Source of the DNA: Callorhinchus milii
Lineage: Eukaryota
Length of the DNA: 64,000 nucleotides
Direction of reading: 5' to 3'
Assembly: GCF_018977255.1 (NCBI RefSeq)
Contig: NW_024704743.1
Span: 79,238,001 to 79,302,000, forward strand
Shown here: in pieces, positions 51,355 through 63,806 of the stretch
Layout: the number at the start of each line of letters is the position of its first letter
Position numbering within the stretch: position 1 is the first letter of the stretch
Program-made: the position numbers and the translations under genes
Notes under the pieces: model-generated
Database searches by the model: none
What the model was told of the DNA's origin: nothing
The model's input: only the letters and a program-made list of their open reading frames with translations

Positions 51355-53095
51355 CAACAAAAACAACAACTTGGATTCATATAGCGCCCACCACGCCGGA
51401 CGGTGTCTCTGAGCGTTTCACAGTAACGGATCCCGGGGCCGAGCCAGGGGGAGGCGGGGGGGAAGGTGACCAAAGGCGCGGTTCAAAAGAAAGGTCTTCA
51501 GCAGAGTCCTGAAAATGGGAAGGGAGGGAACGAGATGAAGGGAGTGAGGAAGGGAGTTCCAGAGCCTTCGGGGCATAGTGGCTGAAGGCACGGCCGCCAA
51601 GGGTGGAGCGGAGGACTCGGGGGACGAGGAGGAGGCCAGACCCGGAGGAATGAAGGTAATGGGTAATGTTCTGAGGAAAGAGGAGGTCAGAGAGGTAGGG
51701 GCTGCAGAGGAGTGCAGGGACTTGAATACAAGGGTGAGGATCTTGAAATCGATCCTCTCTGGGATAGGCAGCCAGTGCCGTCTGGCAAGGACTGGGGTAA
51801 TCGGGGAGCGGAGTTTTGTACAGGTGCGAATGTGGGCGGCAGAGTTTTGAATGATTTGGATTTTATGGATGGAAGTGGATGGGAGACCGGTGAAGAGGGC
51901 GTTGGAATAGTCCAGGAGAGGTAACAAAGGCATGAACCAGGGTTTCAGTGGCTTTTGGGGAGAGGTATTTGTGGAGGCGGGCGATGCGTTGGAGGTGGTA
52001 GAAGGCGGTGCTGGTGAGGGACCGGATGTGGGGGAGGAAGGATAATTGGGGGTCGAACCTGACGCCAAGGGTGCGTACGGGTTCGGAGAGTTTTAGGGGG
52101 AGGTCGGATAGGTGGAGGAGGTGAGAGCTGTGAGATTTTAGCCATTGACGAGAGCCAAAGAGTATGGCTTCCGTCTTGTCAATGTTCAGCTGAAGGAAGT
52201 TTGCGCTCATCGAACCCTTGAGGTCTGACAGGCAGGCTGACAGAACATCAGGGGACTGGAGGGTCGCAAAGAGAGGTGGAAAAATAGAGTTGGGTGTCAT
52301 CTGCATACCTGTGGAAATGTACCCCATGTCTACGGATGACATCCCCAAGAGGGAGCATGTAGATCAGAAAGAGGAGGGGGCCAAGGATGGATCCTTGGGG
52401 TACCCCACAGGTGACCGGGTGAGAGTGGGAGGAGAAGCCGTTTGTGCAGATGTACTGATGGCGATTTGTGAGGTAGGACTCGAACCAGGCGAGTGCGGTC
52501 CCACTGAGGTGGATGACGGAGGAAAGGCGGTGGAGGAGTATGGCATGATCGACTGTGTCGAACGCAATGGAGAGGTCCAGGAGGACAAGGAGGCAGAGGG
52601 AGCCCTGGTCACAGATAGAGAGGATGTCATTTGTGACTTTCACAAGCGCAGTCTCTGTACTGTGGGCATGGCGGAAACCGGACTGGAGGGGTTCGAAGAG
52701 GAAGTGGGAGGAGAGATGTGTGCAAAGTTGGTTTGCAACGACGCGTTCTAGAACTTTTGAGAGGAAGGGCAGGTTAGAAATGGGGCGGTAATGGCTGGGG
52801 TTTGAAGGATCTGGGGAGGGTTTTTTCAGGAGGGTGGTGATGACAGCAGGTTTGAGGGAGGCAGGGACTGATCCGGAGGAGAGGGATTGGTTGATGACGT
52901 CAGCCGGTAGTGGGCAGAGGAGGGGGAGCTGGGTGACCAGTAAGTTGATGGGGAGGGGGTCAAGGCAGCAGCTGGTGGGTTTCATGGAGGTGATGGTGGG
53001 TGAGATGGAGGAGGAAGAGATGGGGAGGAAGGAATGTAGAATGGGGGTGGTGGTAGGAGCAGATGATGAGGAACATGAGGGGGACAGAGAGGGCT
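51355..53095 (-). mobile_element. L2 LINE, 5'-truncated (subfamily as at 1346)
   Basis: ORF 52248..52985 with [29 protein letters not shown]; frameshifts. Confidence 0.93.
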
Positions 53096-54924
53096 TTTAA
53101 CTCTAGTTAAAATTAGAAGCTGTAGCTCTGTGTAGCTCCTCCATTGGTTCCTCTTCTTCTGGGGTTCTTCATATTGGCAAAAAAGATACCCTTGTGCTGA
53201 CATAGATCCCCTATTTGGCATAGGTTGCAAATGCCTCAAAATTATTACACCCATTATTATCCCTAACCTTCCTTTTCAAAGAATATCTACAGAATTCTTC
53301 AGAATATTGAAAAGCACCAACACTTACATTCACTTGTCCAAATCTCGCTTGATGATTCTCAAACATTTATATGTTTGATTTTTGCTAATAATTGATGAAA
53401 CCAAATATTCTAATCCAATGAACTGCCGCTAGAGAATAAGAGAAATGAAAACAAAATAAAACCACACCAATTAAATTACACATTTTATAGTTCCTCTATT
53501 AGTCTTGAGGATTTGAGAATTTTTCTTTCTGTTTGAGTTTAAACTTTGTGCTGCTTTGGCATTCTTCATTCTCTTCCTCTTCCTACTTTTGACGTGAATG
53601 ACAATCCCCTTAGACTTCATCTATTTTTTGTTTATTTCTTTTGGTAATGTCTTGTCTTTTAGCTGATAAAATCTCTATGCTTCTGCATTCGTTATTACTT
53701 TACCTTTTGCTGTTAGTTTCCTGGAACTATATTTCATTCTCCTACCTCTAATTCTTCCAGATCACTTGTCAAGTTGTTGTACCACTTTCTGTGTATTCAC
53801 TCACAGTATATTCATTTACTGCATTTCACAGTATATTCTGTGAAGCACCCAATGCGAAACATGCTACATCAAATGCAAGGATTATTTTTATTAAGATCAC
53901 AACATTGTTTCAGGTGAAGCAGGCCCATCTATTCTCAGCTGTTTTTTAAATGAGTCAAGTGTCCTGATCTCAACCACCCTTACTGGTAACCTGTTCCAGT
54001 CGTTAATTACCCTCTGGTACTCCACTGAACACCTCCCCCCATTTTGACCTAGCTCGACTAGTGACTACCCTCTGTTCCCTTCCCTTCAGCCAATTTTGAA
54101 TTATGTCCATATAAGTCCATTCAATGTTTATTTGGAGTTTTTTTTAAAAAGATTTCCAGAAAACCAGCTTCCACGTTAGAGTAAGTTTAAGAATCTTCCG
54201 CAATTCTGTGTGGCCTCAAATTCTAAGATAAAACAAGTCTTGCAATAGGTGGAATTTTAGGCCAGTTGGGATACCGAGAACACATCCACGAAACTGATAT
54301 TGTTTCTTCAAAACAAGTGCTTTGAGACATTCTCCGGATGAGAAAGGTGCGATATAAGATAAATTGTGTATTGTATTGTTGTTAGCTTGTGGTGCCTGAT
54401 TGTAATCGTCAGCTAGCAAGAGGTCTCCACAGAAACGGCAAGGTTGAGAGGAAGTTAGATGTTAACCTTGGACTGGAGAAAAATACATTACCTTAGGAGT
54501 TCCTTTCAATACTGTAAACAGCGATGAGTAGGTTGTCACAGTTCCCAATGTGTTCTAGATGTGAATTAAATAATGCTGGAGGAGTTGAGGAAATTAAATT
54601 GTACTCAATCTTTTCGCTGTGTTGGGAGATGTGCAGATTGAAGGAAATTTTGTTGCAGCTGGAATGCAAATGACTGAGTATATATAAAAACATTGTGGTT
54701 CTCACAAACCTAAGCTCCCATCTTATTAAGGTTATAGATAAATTTTAGGGAAGTTGATGTGTCTATCTGTTCTCCTAAAGAGTGTAGCTTTATCTATTTA
54801 TATAGGTTTAAAAATATATTTACACACACGTGGCATAATACTGATACTGAAGCAGAAAAATTACTGCATCCATCATTTTGTCAGTTTTACACAGGCGAAA
54901 CAACATTACAACAAGTTATTGAAG

Positions 54925-55372
54925 AATACTGTCTCCAGTTTTGGTCACCTCACCTTTGGAAGGATGTTAAGGCCATAGAGAAGGTGCAGAGAAGATTTAC
55001 TAGGATGATGCCAGGGATGAATGGTTTGACCTATGACTTGAGACTGTGACAGTTTCCACTGACAAGAGTGACAAGAGGGCATCGATTTAAGAATAATTAC
55101 CTAAGGAGGAGATTAGGAGGAATTCTTTTACACATAGAAAGTTTTTAGGATGTGGAATTGGGTTCGGCGGTTGCGACAGGATCTATATTGGCTTACAAGA
55201 GGGAACTAGATAGATATCTAAAAAGTTCCCTCTTCTAAAATAATATAGAGTAAGTTACAAGGGTACAGAGGAAAGAGAAGTAAATGGGATTGAAAGGATT
55301 GCTCTCCCTCAGGGTCAGCTCAGATACAAAAGGCCAAATGGACTTCTTCCATGTTGTCACTCTATGATTCTA
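54925..55372 (+). mobile_element. Decayed CR1 3' fragment
   Basis: EYCLQFWSPHLWKDVKAIEKVQRRFTRMMPG; tail CTATGATTCTA. Confidence 0.82.
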
Positions 55373-55436
55373 AACTTTCTAACTGAAAATGCTTCTCACA
55401 ATTACAATAGAAGCAACAACAACTTGCATTTATATA

Positions 55437-55870
55437 CAACAACAGCAAGATTTCATTTATAGAGCGCCTTTCATGTCGGGAGGACGTCCCAAAGCGCTGT
55501 ACAGTTGGGTCAGGACCCGAGCAGGGGGGAAATGGTCAGGGTGAGGGAGGGAAGGGAGGGAGCGAGGAGGGGGTAGAGAGTCGAGAGGGGAGCTGAAGGC
55601 ACGGTCAAAGAGAAAAGTCTTGAGACCGGCCTTGAAGGAGGAAAGGGAGGAGGCGGCGAAGGCACTGGGGGATAGAGTTCCAGAGCCTAGGGGCTGAGAG
55701 GCTGAAGGCCCGGCCACCGATGGTAGGGCGGTTGGGGCGGGGGATGTGGAGCAGACCGGAGCCAGAGGAACGGAGGGTATGGGCAGGTAGATAGGGGGAC
55801 AGTAGGTCGGAGAGGTAGGAGGAAGCAAGGCCGTGAATGGCCTTGTAGGCGAGGATGAGGATCTTGAATA
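55437..55870 (-). mobile_element. Young L2 3' fragment
   Basis: Near-identical to 17197-17630. Confidence 0.9.
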
Positions 55871-55889
55871 TGGACCCTTATTCATTACA

Positions 55890-56355
55890 TCGAGGCTCGA
55901 CTAAGCAAACTCACTGCTTGTTGGCCTCCCCAACTCCTCCCTTCACAGGCTGCAGATCATCCAGAACTCTGCAGCCCGTGTCCTCTTCCGCACCAGGCTC
56001 CATGACCCTAACACCCCCATCCTATCCCGGATCCATTGGCTCCCCCTCACTCAGAGGATACAGTTCAATATCCTGTTCTTCACCTTCAAAGCCCTCCATG
56101 GCTTTGGTCCCCCCTACCTGTGTGACCTCCTAACCCCCTAGCAACCTGTCCGCTCCCTCCACTCAGTGGGCTTCGGCCTGCTTCACGTCCCCCGGCTTGC
56201 CCGCCCCACCATTGGCAGGCCCACCCCTACCCTGTCCGCCCTCCACCCCTTCTGATCCCAACCACTAGTTTGGGTGCAGATCCTTGACTGTCCAGTGCCT
56301 TGGAATGTCCTCCTGACGTGAAAGCACTATACAAATGTAATTTGCTGTTGTTGTT
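55890..56355 (+). mobile_element. L2 3' fragment
   Basis: Similar to 28512-29113. Confidence 0.87.
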
Positions 56356-57194
56356 CATGTGAGTAGTGTCATGGAGGGCAGAACAGCAGTGTGGAATATT
56401 TCACAAAATAAAACCTTCAGGCTTCCTGATATGGGTCATTTTCCACATGAATACCGATCAGTACCTTACTCCTGTTTTGACCTTCAGTTCCCCTCTACCC
56501 ACAAACTGTTGGTAATAAGCAATTTTCAGGTATAGGGGAACTGACGGTCAAAAAAAAGGAAAGGATTAAAATATCACAATTGGGTAAAACTGCACTGGAA
56601 GATAACACACCTTGGTCGCATTGGTTTATCAAGTCTTGCTTTTTTTTGTTAAACTTAATAAACTCTCTGTTCTTCATAGTCTATTTCACGGTAATACAAT
56701 ATATATAAGCTCTGATATATTATGGTAACAGTGGGGTTAAATGAATCCCCATCACATTAGTTAAAAATTACTCTGAAACAGGTGTTAGCTTTTGTGTGTA
56801 AAATAACACCTGGTCACATAGTTAATTCATAATAATAATCCTTGTGCCTTATCATGTCGTTGAGATGTCTCATAGTGCATCACAAGAGGTGGTGGAAAGT
56901 GGTGTGACTGTATATTTTGTGGGCAAATGTGGCAGCCAATTTATACACAGCAACGTCCCAAACAAACATGAGGTGAACGACCAATTTTATTTGGGGGATT
57001 GTCGGCCAGGCCAGGGAGAAACTCACTTCTCTTTTCGATTAGCGCAATGGGGTCTTTCACATTAACTTGAACAGGCAGAAAGGTCCTCAGGTTAACTTCT
57101 CATCTGAAGGACATCTCCAAAATGCAGCACACCCACAGCACTGCATTGGAGTGTCTACATAGATAGTATGGGTTCCAAGTCTCAATGTGGAGCT

Positions 57195-57735
57195 TTTCTC
57201 TTTGACCGTGCCTTCAGCTCCCCTCTCGACTCTCTTCCCCCTCCTCGCTCCCTCCCTTCCCTCCCCTCACCCTGACCATTGTCCCCCTCCTTGCTCCCTC
57301 CCTTCCCTCCCCTCACCATTTCCCCCCTCCTCACTCCCTCCCTTCCCTCCACGTCCCCCGCCCCAACCGCCCTACCATCGGTGGTCGGGCCTTCAGCCTC
57401 TCAGCCCCCAGGCTCTGGAACTCTATCCCCCAGTGCCTTCGCCGCCTCCTCCCTTTCCTCCTTCAAGGCCGGTCTCAAGACCTTTCTCTTTGACCAAGCC
57501 TTCAGCTCCCCTCTCGACTCTCTTCCCCCTCCTCGCTCCCTCCCTTCCCTCCCCTCACCCTGACCATTTCCCCCCTCCTCGCTCCCTCCCCTCACCCTGA
57601 CCATTTCCCCCCTCCTCGCTCCCTCCCTCACCCTGACCATTTCCCCCCTGCTCGGGTCATGACCCAACTGTGCAGCGCCTTGGGACGTCCTCCTGACGTG
57701 AAAGGCGCTCTATAAATGGAATCTTGTTGTTGTTG
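57195..57735 (+). mobile_element. Rearranged young L2 3' fragment inserted in a Deu-type SINE (-, about 56830-57194)
   Basis: Duplicated 3' segments and (TTG)n tail; host reads GTGGAGCTT|GAATCC across the insert. Confidence 0.87.
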
Positions 57736-58626
57736 AATCCCCAACTACTGATTCATCAACAAACTTGTATGTATGCCTTTCACATCGGGAGGACGTCCCA
57801 GGGCGCTGGACAGTCTAGGGTTTGCACCTGAGTTGGGGGGTAAGAACCGAGTTGGGTGGGGGAAGAAGACCAAAGCTGGTACTGAGAGGCAAGAGTGCTA
57901 CTCACTGCACCAGACTGATACACAGTCACGTTAACTGAAAATGCTCCCTTGGAAAATTCTTTGGGCATCCTTTGAGGAGGCAGAATGCTGTGTTTATTGT
58001 GCAGTCAAGTGAGATCAAACTGCTCCTGTTACCATTTCTTCTCAAGTCTCAGGAGGAATGCTGCAGCGCAATTTATTCTGGCTCAATTTACACTGACATT
58101 TTTGTGATGAATCGTCAGTAACATTGAGGTGATTCACTGCAAAGCATAGTGTCAATGCAGCATAAGCCAGATTTGTGCCATAGTATTGATCTGTGCTCTT
58201 CTCTCCTCGTCCCTCCAGTGAAAGGCAATGTCAACAGTGCACACCAGACATCCAAAGATGTCTTTGAAGGCAACACACCTTCACAGAAGCATTCTTTGTG
58301 CAAATGTGCTTTGCTTGAGACTTTTTTTTCAGCAGGTTTGTAAACAGGGGAAGAATGCATTGACTTTGCAACGCTGCCCAACTATTGCCTGCAAACGTAT
58401 TCGCAAGTGAGACAGCAAGTCGGAACAGGCAGCACGAAATCCCTGTCGCTGAGCGTTTATGCTGCAGCACAGTAAGCATCCGATCAGTGCAAACTTGGCC
58501 TTCCCCATCCCCAACTGAAAGCAGCTGTGAACAGGAACCGAGACTTTGTCCCCGTTTAAAATGTACAGAGCAGACAACGCCCTTCTCTGAAAATCCTTCA
58601 CTTTCAGTGCAAAAAAAACGAAAGGC

Positions 58627-59188
58627 GTGTGGGGTGTGTGTGTGGGGGGGGGTGTGTGTTGTGTGTGGGGGGTGTGTGGTGTGTGTGTGTGTGGGGGGGT
58701 GTGTGTGTGTGTGTGTGTGTGTGGGGGGGGGGTGTGTGTGTGTGGGGTGTGTGTGTGTGTGTGTGTGTGGGGGGGGGGTGTGTGGTGTGTGTGTGTGTGG
58801 GGGGGGTGTGTGTGTGTGTGTGTGTGGGGTGTGTGTGTGTGTGTGTGTGGGGGGGGGGTGTGTGGTGTGTGTGTGTGTGTGTGTGTGGGGTGTGTGTGTG
58901 TGTGGGGGGGGGTGTGGGGGGTGTGTGTGTGTGGGGGGGGGGTGTGGGGGGTGTGTGTGTGTGGGGGGGGGGGTGTGTGGTGTGTGTGTGTGTGTGTGTG
59001 GGGGGGGGGTGTGTGTGGGGTGTGTGTGGTGTGTGTGTGTGTGGGGGGGGTGTGTGTGTGTGTGTGTGTGTGTGGGGTGTGTGTGTGTGTGTGGGGTGTG
59101 TGTGTGGGGTGTGGTGTGTGTGTGTGTGTGTGGGGGTGTGTGTGTGTGGGGGGGGTGTGTGTGGTGTGTGTGTGTGTGGGGGGGGGGT
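58627..59188 (+). repeat. Compound (TG)n / poly-G low-complexity tract
   Basis: About 560 bp made only of G and T, with many G runs of 4-11. Confidence 0.97.
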
Positions 59189-59639
59189 CCCAGCTCTGAG
59201 CTGCTGAGTTTGTGAGAATGCACTTTCCTGCTAATAAAAACCCAAACCTTGCTGCAAAATTGCCTGCAGAGGCTGTTGCTCAGCTGCAGCAGCTGCACAG
59301 CCCCCCACTCACTACTTCACTATCACTGGGGCTGAAGAGACCCGACGTGATTGTGAAAGCCTTGTGCAATTGCTTTGACACGTCGCTTCCAAAAATAAAG
59401 GGTATTTTTTTTTGCTCTCAGTCTCGCCTGTCAACCCCCCCCCCCACCACCCACCCACCCACCCATTGCATTGCATTGCAGCAGCAGCAGCGAGTGTCTG
59501 TGTTTGAAGTGGTGCAGGTGAGGTTAGTTATCATGTGTGCCTTGTGTGTGATGCAGAGGAAATGAACGTCCCCCTCTCTCTCCCTCTCTCTCTGCCATCT
59601 GATTCCATATTTAGTGATTTTGTGACCTCGATGGTGTTA

Positions 59640-59766
59640 GAAACCTGAAGCAAATGACGTGAAATTGACCAACCCGGAAGTAACAGCTCTTTCCACTGCA
59701 CAGCCTGAACCTGCCTTCACTCCCACATTACTTCCCGTTTTGACAAACTGAGCTGCAAAGGTAGGG
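59640..59766 (+). promoter_or_regulatory. Candidate promoter and non-coding first exon of the next gene (possibly CYRIB/FAM49B)
   Basis: CRE-like TGACGTGA at 59655, ETS site CCGGAAGT at 59674, donor AAG|GTAGGG at 59761; CpG-retaining, TE-free surroundings; gene identity rests on recalled synteny only. Confidence 0.45.
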
Positions 59767-59823
59767 AGTGAGAGGGGGGGGTTACACCCCACGGTGGGGC
59801 CGGGAGGTGCTGTCAGCTGCTGA

Positions 59824-60380
59824 TGTCTGGGTGTCTGTGGGTGTGTGAGTGGGTGTCTGTCTGTGGGTGTGTGGGGGGGTGTCTGTGTAGGTGTCTGTGT
59901 CTGTGTGGGTGTGTCTGTGTGTCTGTCTGTCTGTCTGTGTGGGTGGGTCTCTGTCTGTGTGGGTGGGTGTCTGTCTGTGTGGGTGTGTGTGTGTGTGTGT
60001 GGGTGTCTGTGTGTGTGGGTGTGTGTGGGTGTCTGTGTGGGTGGGTGTCTGTGTGGGTGGGTGTCTGTGTGGGTGGGTGTCTGTGTGGGTGTCTGTGTGT
60101 GTGTCTGGGTGTGTGTCTGGGTGTGTGTGTGTGTGTGTCTGGGTGTGTGTGTGTGTGTCTGGTGTGTGTGTGTCTGGGTGTGTGTGTGTGTCTGGGTGTG
60201 TGTGTGGTGTGGTGTGTGTGTGTGTCTGGGTGTGTGTGTGGTGTGTGTGTGTGTGTCTGTGTGTGTGTGTCTGGGTGTGTGTGTGGGTGTGTGTGTGGGT
60301 GTGTGTCTGGGTGTGTGTCTGGGTGTGTGTGTGGGGGTGTGGGTGGGGGTGTGTGTGTGGGTGTGTGTGCGTGTGTGGGT
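59824..60380 (+). repeat. Degenerate (TG)n tract with GTCT/GGGT interruptions
   Basis: About 555 bp. Confidence 0.97.
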
Positions 60381-63300
60381 GATGGTCCTCTGGTGTCAGC
60401 TCAGCTGAGGCAGGAGATGCAAATCGCCACCTGGAGAAGAATCTGAATTAGGATCGTCCCCAATGATGGGGACCTGAGACCCCTTTACCCCCCCAGTCTC
60501 CGGGGGCTTTATTGCTTCTTTTCTTTTTTAAAAAAATATCCAGAGAGAAGTCAGTCGATGGGAAACGTCTGATCTCCGTGGATTTATGACTCGGGTTGAA
60601 CCGTACATATGTTGCAGCATTTAATTCAAATTGCATTTTCTTTTCCGGCTGATAAGCCATTGGGATTTTCGGTGAATGAGAAGCATTGATAGACTGGAGG
60701 ATTGCGCTGTTGCAGAGAGAGACAGAGAGGGGGAGAGGTTTCCTCTTGGTCTGAATGCCGCCTGGTTCAGGGTGACTTCATTTTGTAGTCCAGGCTTGTT
60801 TTATTAGCTCCTGAGAAATTATTGTTGGTCAATATTATGTCTGTAACGCATTGCTAGAGATTTGCATCGATAATCTTGTGATCTTACTTGTTTCTATCTC
60901 AATGCAAAAGTATATGTTGTTTGCAAAAGCAAATCTCAGTGTCCCTTTCTATTAACAATCCCTGCATTCGATGTAGCATCTATAATGTTGAAATGCCTGC
61001 CTTAAAGCCCTGCCCTGGGAATTGTTATCAAGTGTAGTGACTGTTTATTCGTAGACGGTTTCTATTGCATATAAATGTCCATCTTCACTAAGCGGAAAAA
61101 CTGTTATTTCTAATCTAGATTCAGTGTTGGGGTGTGGCCTGTTTAAGATACAGATCTGCAGCATTTTATGTTTCGTTTTTTGAGAGGCAAAATTGCAGTA
61201 TTTTCATTCTTTATATTCACTCACCTTTCTGGTGCTGGAGATCCATAGGAAGTGGATGCAGTTCAGAGGTCTTGATGTATTGTTTCATTCTCTACAACAA
61301 GTCCATCATGATAACATTTCCATTATCGTATCCATTTAAATTTGCATCAGTCAATGCCGAAAGTAACTGGGTGTAGAAATGACAAAAACAAGACTCTTTG
61401 GGCTGGGAATGCCATTGAAACTGTCCTCAACAAAGCAAGATCCTGAGCATGGTTGGGTTGTTGGAGAAAATTGATGACACCTAAACAAATAAAGTACCAT
61501 AAAGTCATACGAGGTCCAATTTACTGTATTTCTTACTGGGATTCCTTTGTTAGGAATCCAGTTAAAACGCCTCTCAGCCCAGGAACTTTGCTCTGGAAAT
61601 GGGTCATATTCACTAAGTGTTCCCATGGGTCAGGGTGATGTACATTTGGTTATTTGGAAAGAGTTTCCTTTTACTTGACTCAGATTCCTTCTTAAGAAAT
61701 CCCATTCAGGAATACTGTTAATTAGAGCCCAATGTTTGCAGGTGGTTCAACCCATCCAGTTGTGCTGGTTTAAGGCTCTGCCCTCCCCCCAACTACTCTT
61801 TCCACATACCCTTTAATATTTTTCTTCAAATATCTTACATAGAATTGCAAAGACTGGGGAATGCAGAAATGGGCCATTCAGCCCAATTGGTTTGTGCCAT
61901 GTTAATCCTTCATGAGCCTCTTAATACTCTCTCCTTTACACCTTTATTCCCTTCTCCCTCGTGTATTTTTTTAAATGCTTTTACGCACTTGGCTTCAACA
62001 ACCATTTGTAGTGAGGCTTTCTGGGATGTACAGGCCAGACACTTTCCTGTATGGGGGAGAAGGAAAGTAACTGGGTCAGTTAGTATTTTTTAATTTTCTT
62101 GGCAGGCCTGGTGGGACAGGTTACCAGGTCTAGAAGAATGATATTGGGCTTCCTACCACAGGGAAAACCTTTTTTTTTTGAAAAAATGGACAGGTTGAGA
62201 TGAGTAAAATATCAAGATATTGAACTCTTCTCAATTTATTTTGCTTGGACCATTCATGTCCCTCATTGACAACACATCCTCTCTATCTATAATGCGTTTG
62301 AATCCAACTCCAAAAAGTAAAAGGGTTGCATTCTGTGTGGCCCAGTTCTAACTTCTAACCAACAGCTTTAAAATCCTATAAAATCATTGACATTTAGAGT
62401 ATAAATTACAGAAAGCAAAACATAAAAGCACTGACTGGGGCTTCAGGGTATTGTGTCGTGTGTATGTCCTGCATTCAATGTAAGTGCCTTTGCTGTGATG
62501 CCTCAAAGATTACTCGTATCATATCAGCAGCTCATTTTTTCGTTCAGAAATCTCTTTTCGAGTGCCTGGCATAATCGTTCCCTCCAGGAAGAGAGTAATT
62601 AATATTTCTTTGCCTTTTTGCAAAATCCTGCTTTGTTAGTGAGTATTCATGAAGAACCATTTTTTTTCAAAAAGATCCATGTAAAGGTTAGGAATGCATA
62701 GAAACAAACTGGACTTGCTGCAGGTGACGGGGCTGGTGAAAATTGCTTTTTAGCACTTACTATATTGAAGCTTACATGATCCCGACAGGTTAGCGGTGCA
62801 GCTCTGAGCTTTAGGCTGAAAGGATATCATTGAACTACGATGACATTTCAATAACATTGAATAATTAAATATTATTTACAATAATATTAGTAATGCATAT
62901 TAATTAGGGATATTAAAAATATTCAAGTTAGTAGTGGTCTTGAGAACGCCCAATGCCCCTGACAATATGCTTGAAATCAAACACACAAGAGATAATCTGA
63001 CCACAAGTTCCAACACTGCTCATAACTCCTGGCGCAGGAGCATCATCAGCAGCTATTAACATTTTCAACCTCCATAAAACTGCTCTGCTTCAATGCCCTT
63101 GAGAACCTTGGTTTGATATTACTTAGGACATGGCATTCACTAAGAAATCATTGCTCAGCGGAGCTGGCTCCAGGCACCCTCAATATGAACAGCTGTGGGT
63201 GATTGCGTTGCATGACAGACAATCTGCAACTTCCCATCCGTCCAAGGCGAATGGAGCGTAGATGTGCTCTTTTCCGTTTTGCAGCCTTTGCTCTCTTCAC

Positions 63301-63762
63301 ACCTGAGATTTGACCGTGGAGTGACAGAGTCGTGCATGTGTGGCAGAAGCCGCGGGTACAAAAGGGGTTCAGGTGATTCTTCTGGTTCACTATCCATCGC
63401 TCTTGCTTGATTGAACTTTACCATTTGTGCTATTTGTGCTTTTGTGAATAACAACACTACTTAGAATCCATCCACCTATCCATCCACAATGCATGAACCA
63501 GTATTAGGATACTCGGGGATACTGTAGATTCTTGAGAATGCTTCTTACTTGCTGAATATTATTGAAACCTCCCTGAAATGTTTCTGTTGTTTAAAGGTAC
63601 GTTTTGGTAGCAGGAATGGCCCCAAACCTCTATGGTTTAGCAGGATTGATACTGTGACCACTGAGGTTTTTATATAGGGTATTTGCAGTTCTTAGGCCCC
63701 TTTGTTTCTCTCCTGAAAGTCTGGCCAAGATCTGGAATGTGCTCTATGGAGAATCGTGAGTA

Positions 63763-63806
63763 TAACCTCATGTCCAAACCTCATGTGCTGCTTGGACATG
63801 AGGTTA
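63763..63806. repeat. Perfect 15-bp inverted repeat with 14-nt spacer
   Basis: TAACCTCATGTCCAA ... TTGGACATGAGGTTA. Confidence 0.9.

Noticed and set aside
58231..60446. Long Cys/Val/Gly or His/Thr/Pro ORFs
   Set aside because: Produced by stop-free TG/G tracts; no coding evidence
60558..60572. ATG GGA AAC as a CYRIB-like MGN start
   Set aside because: Stop codon follows after four codons
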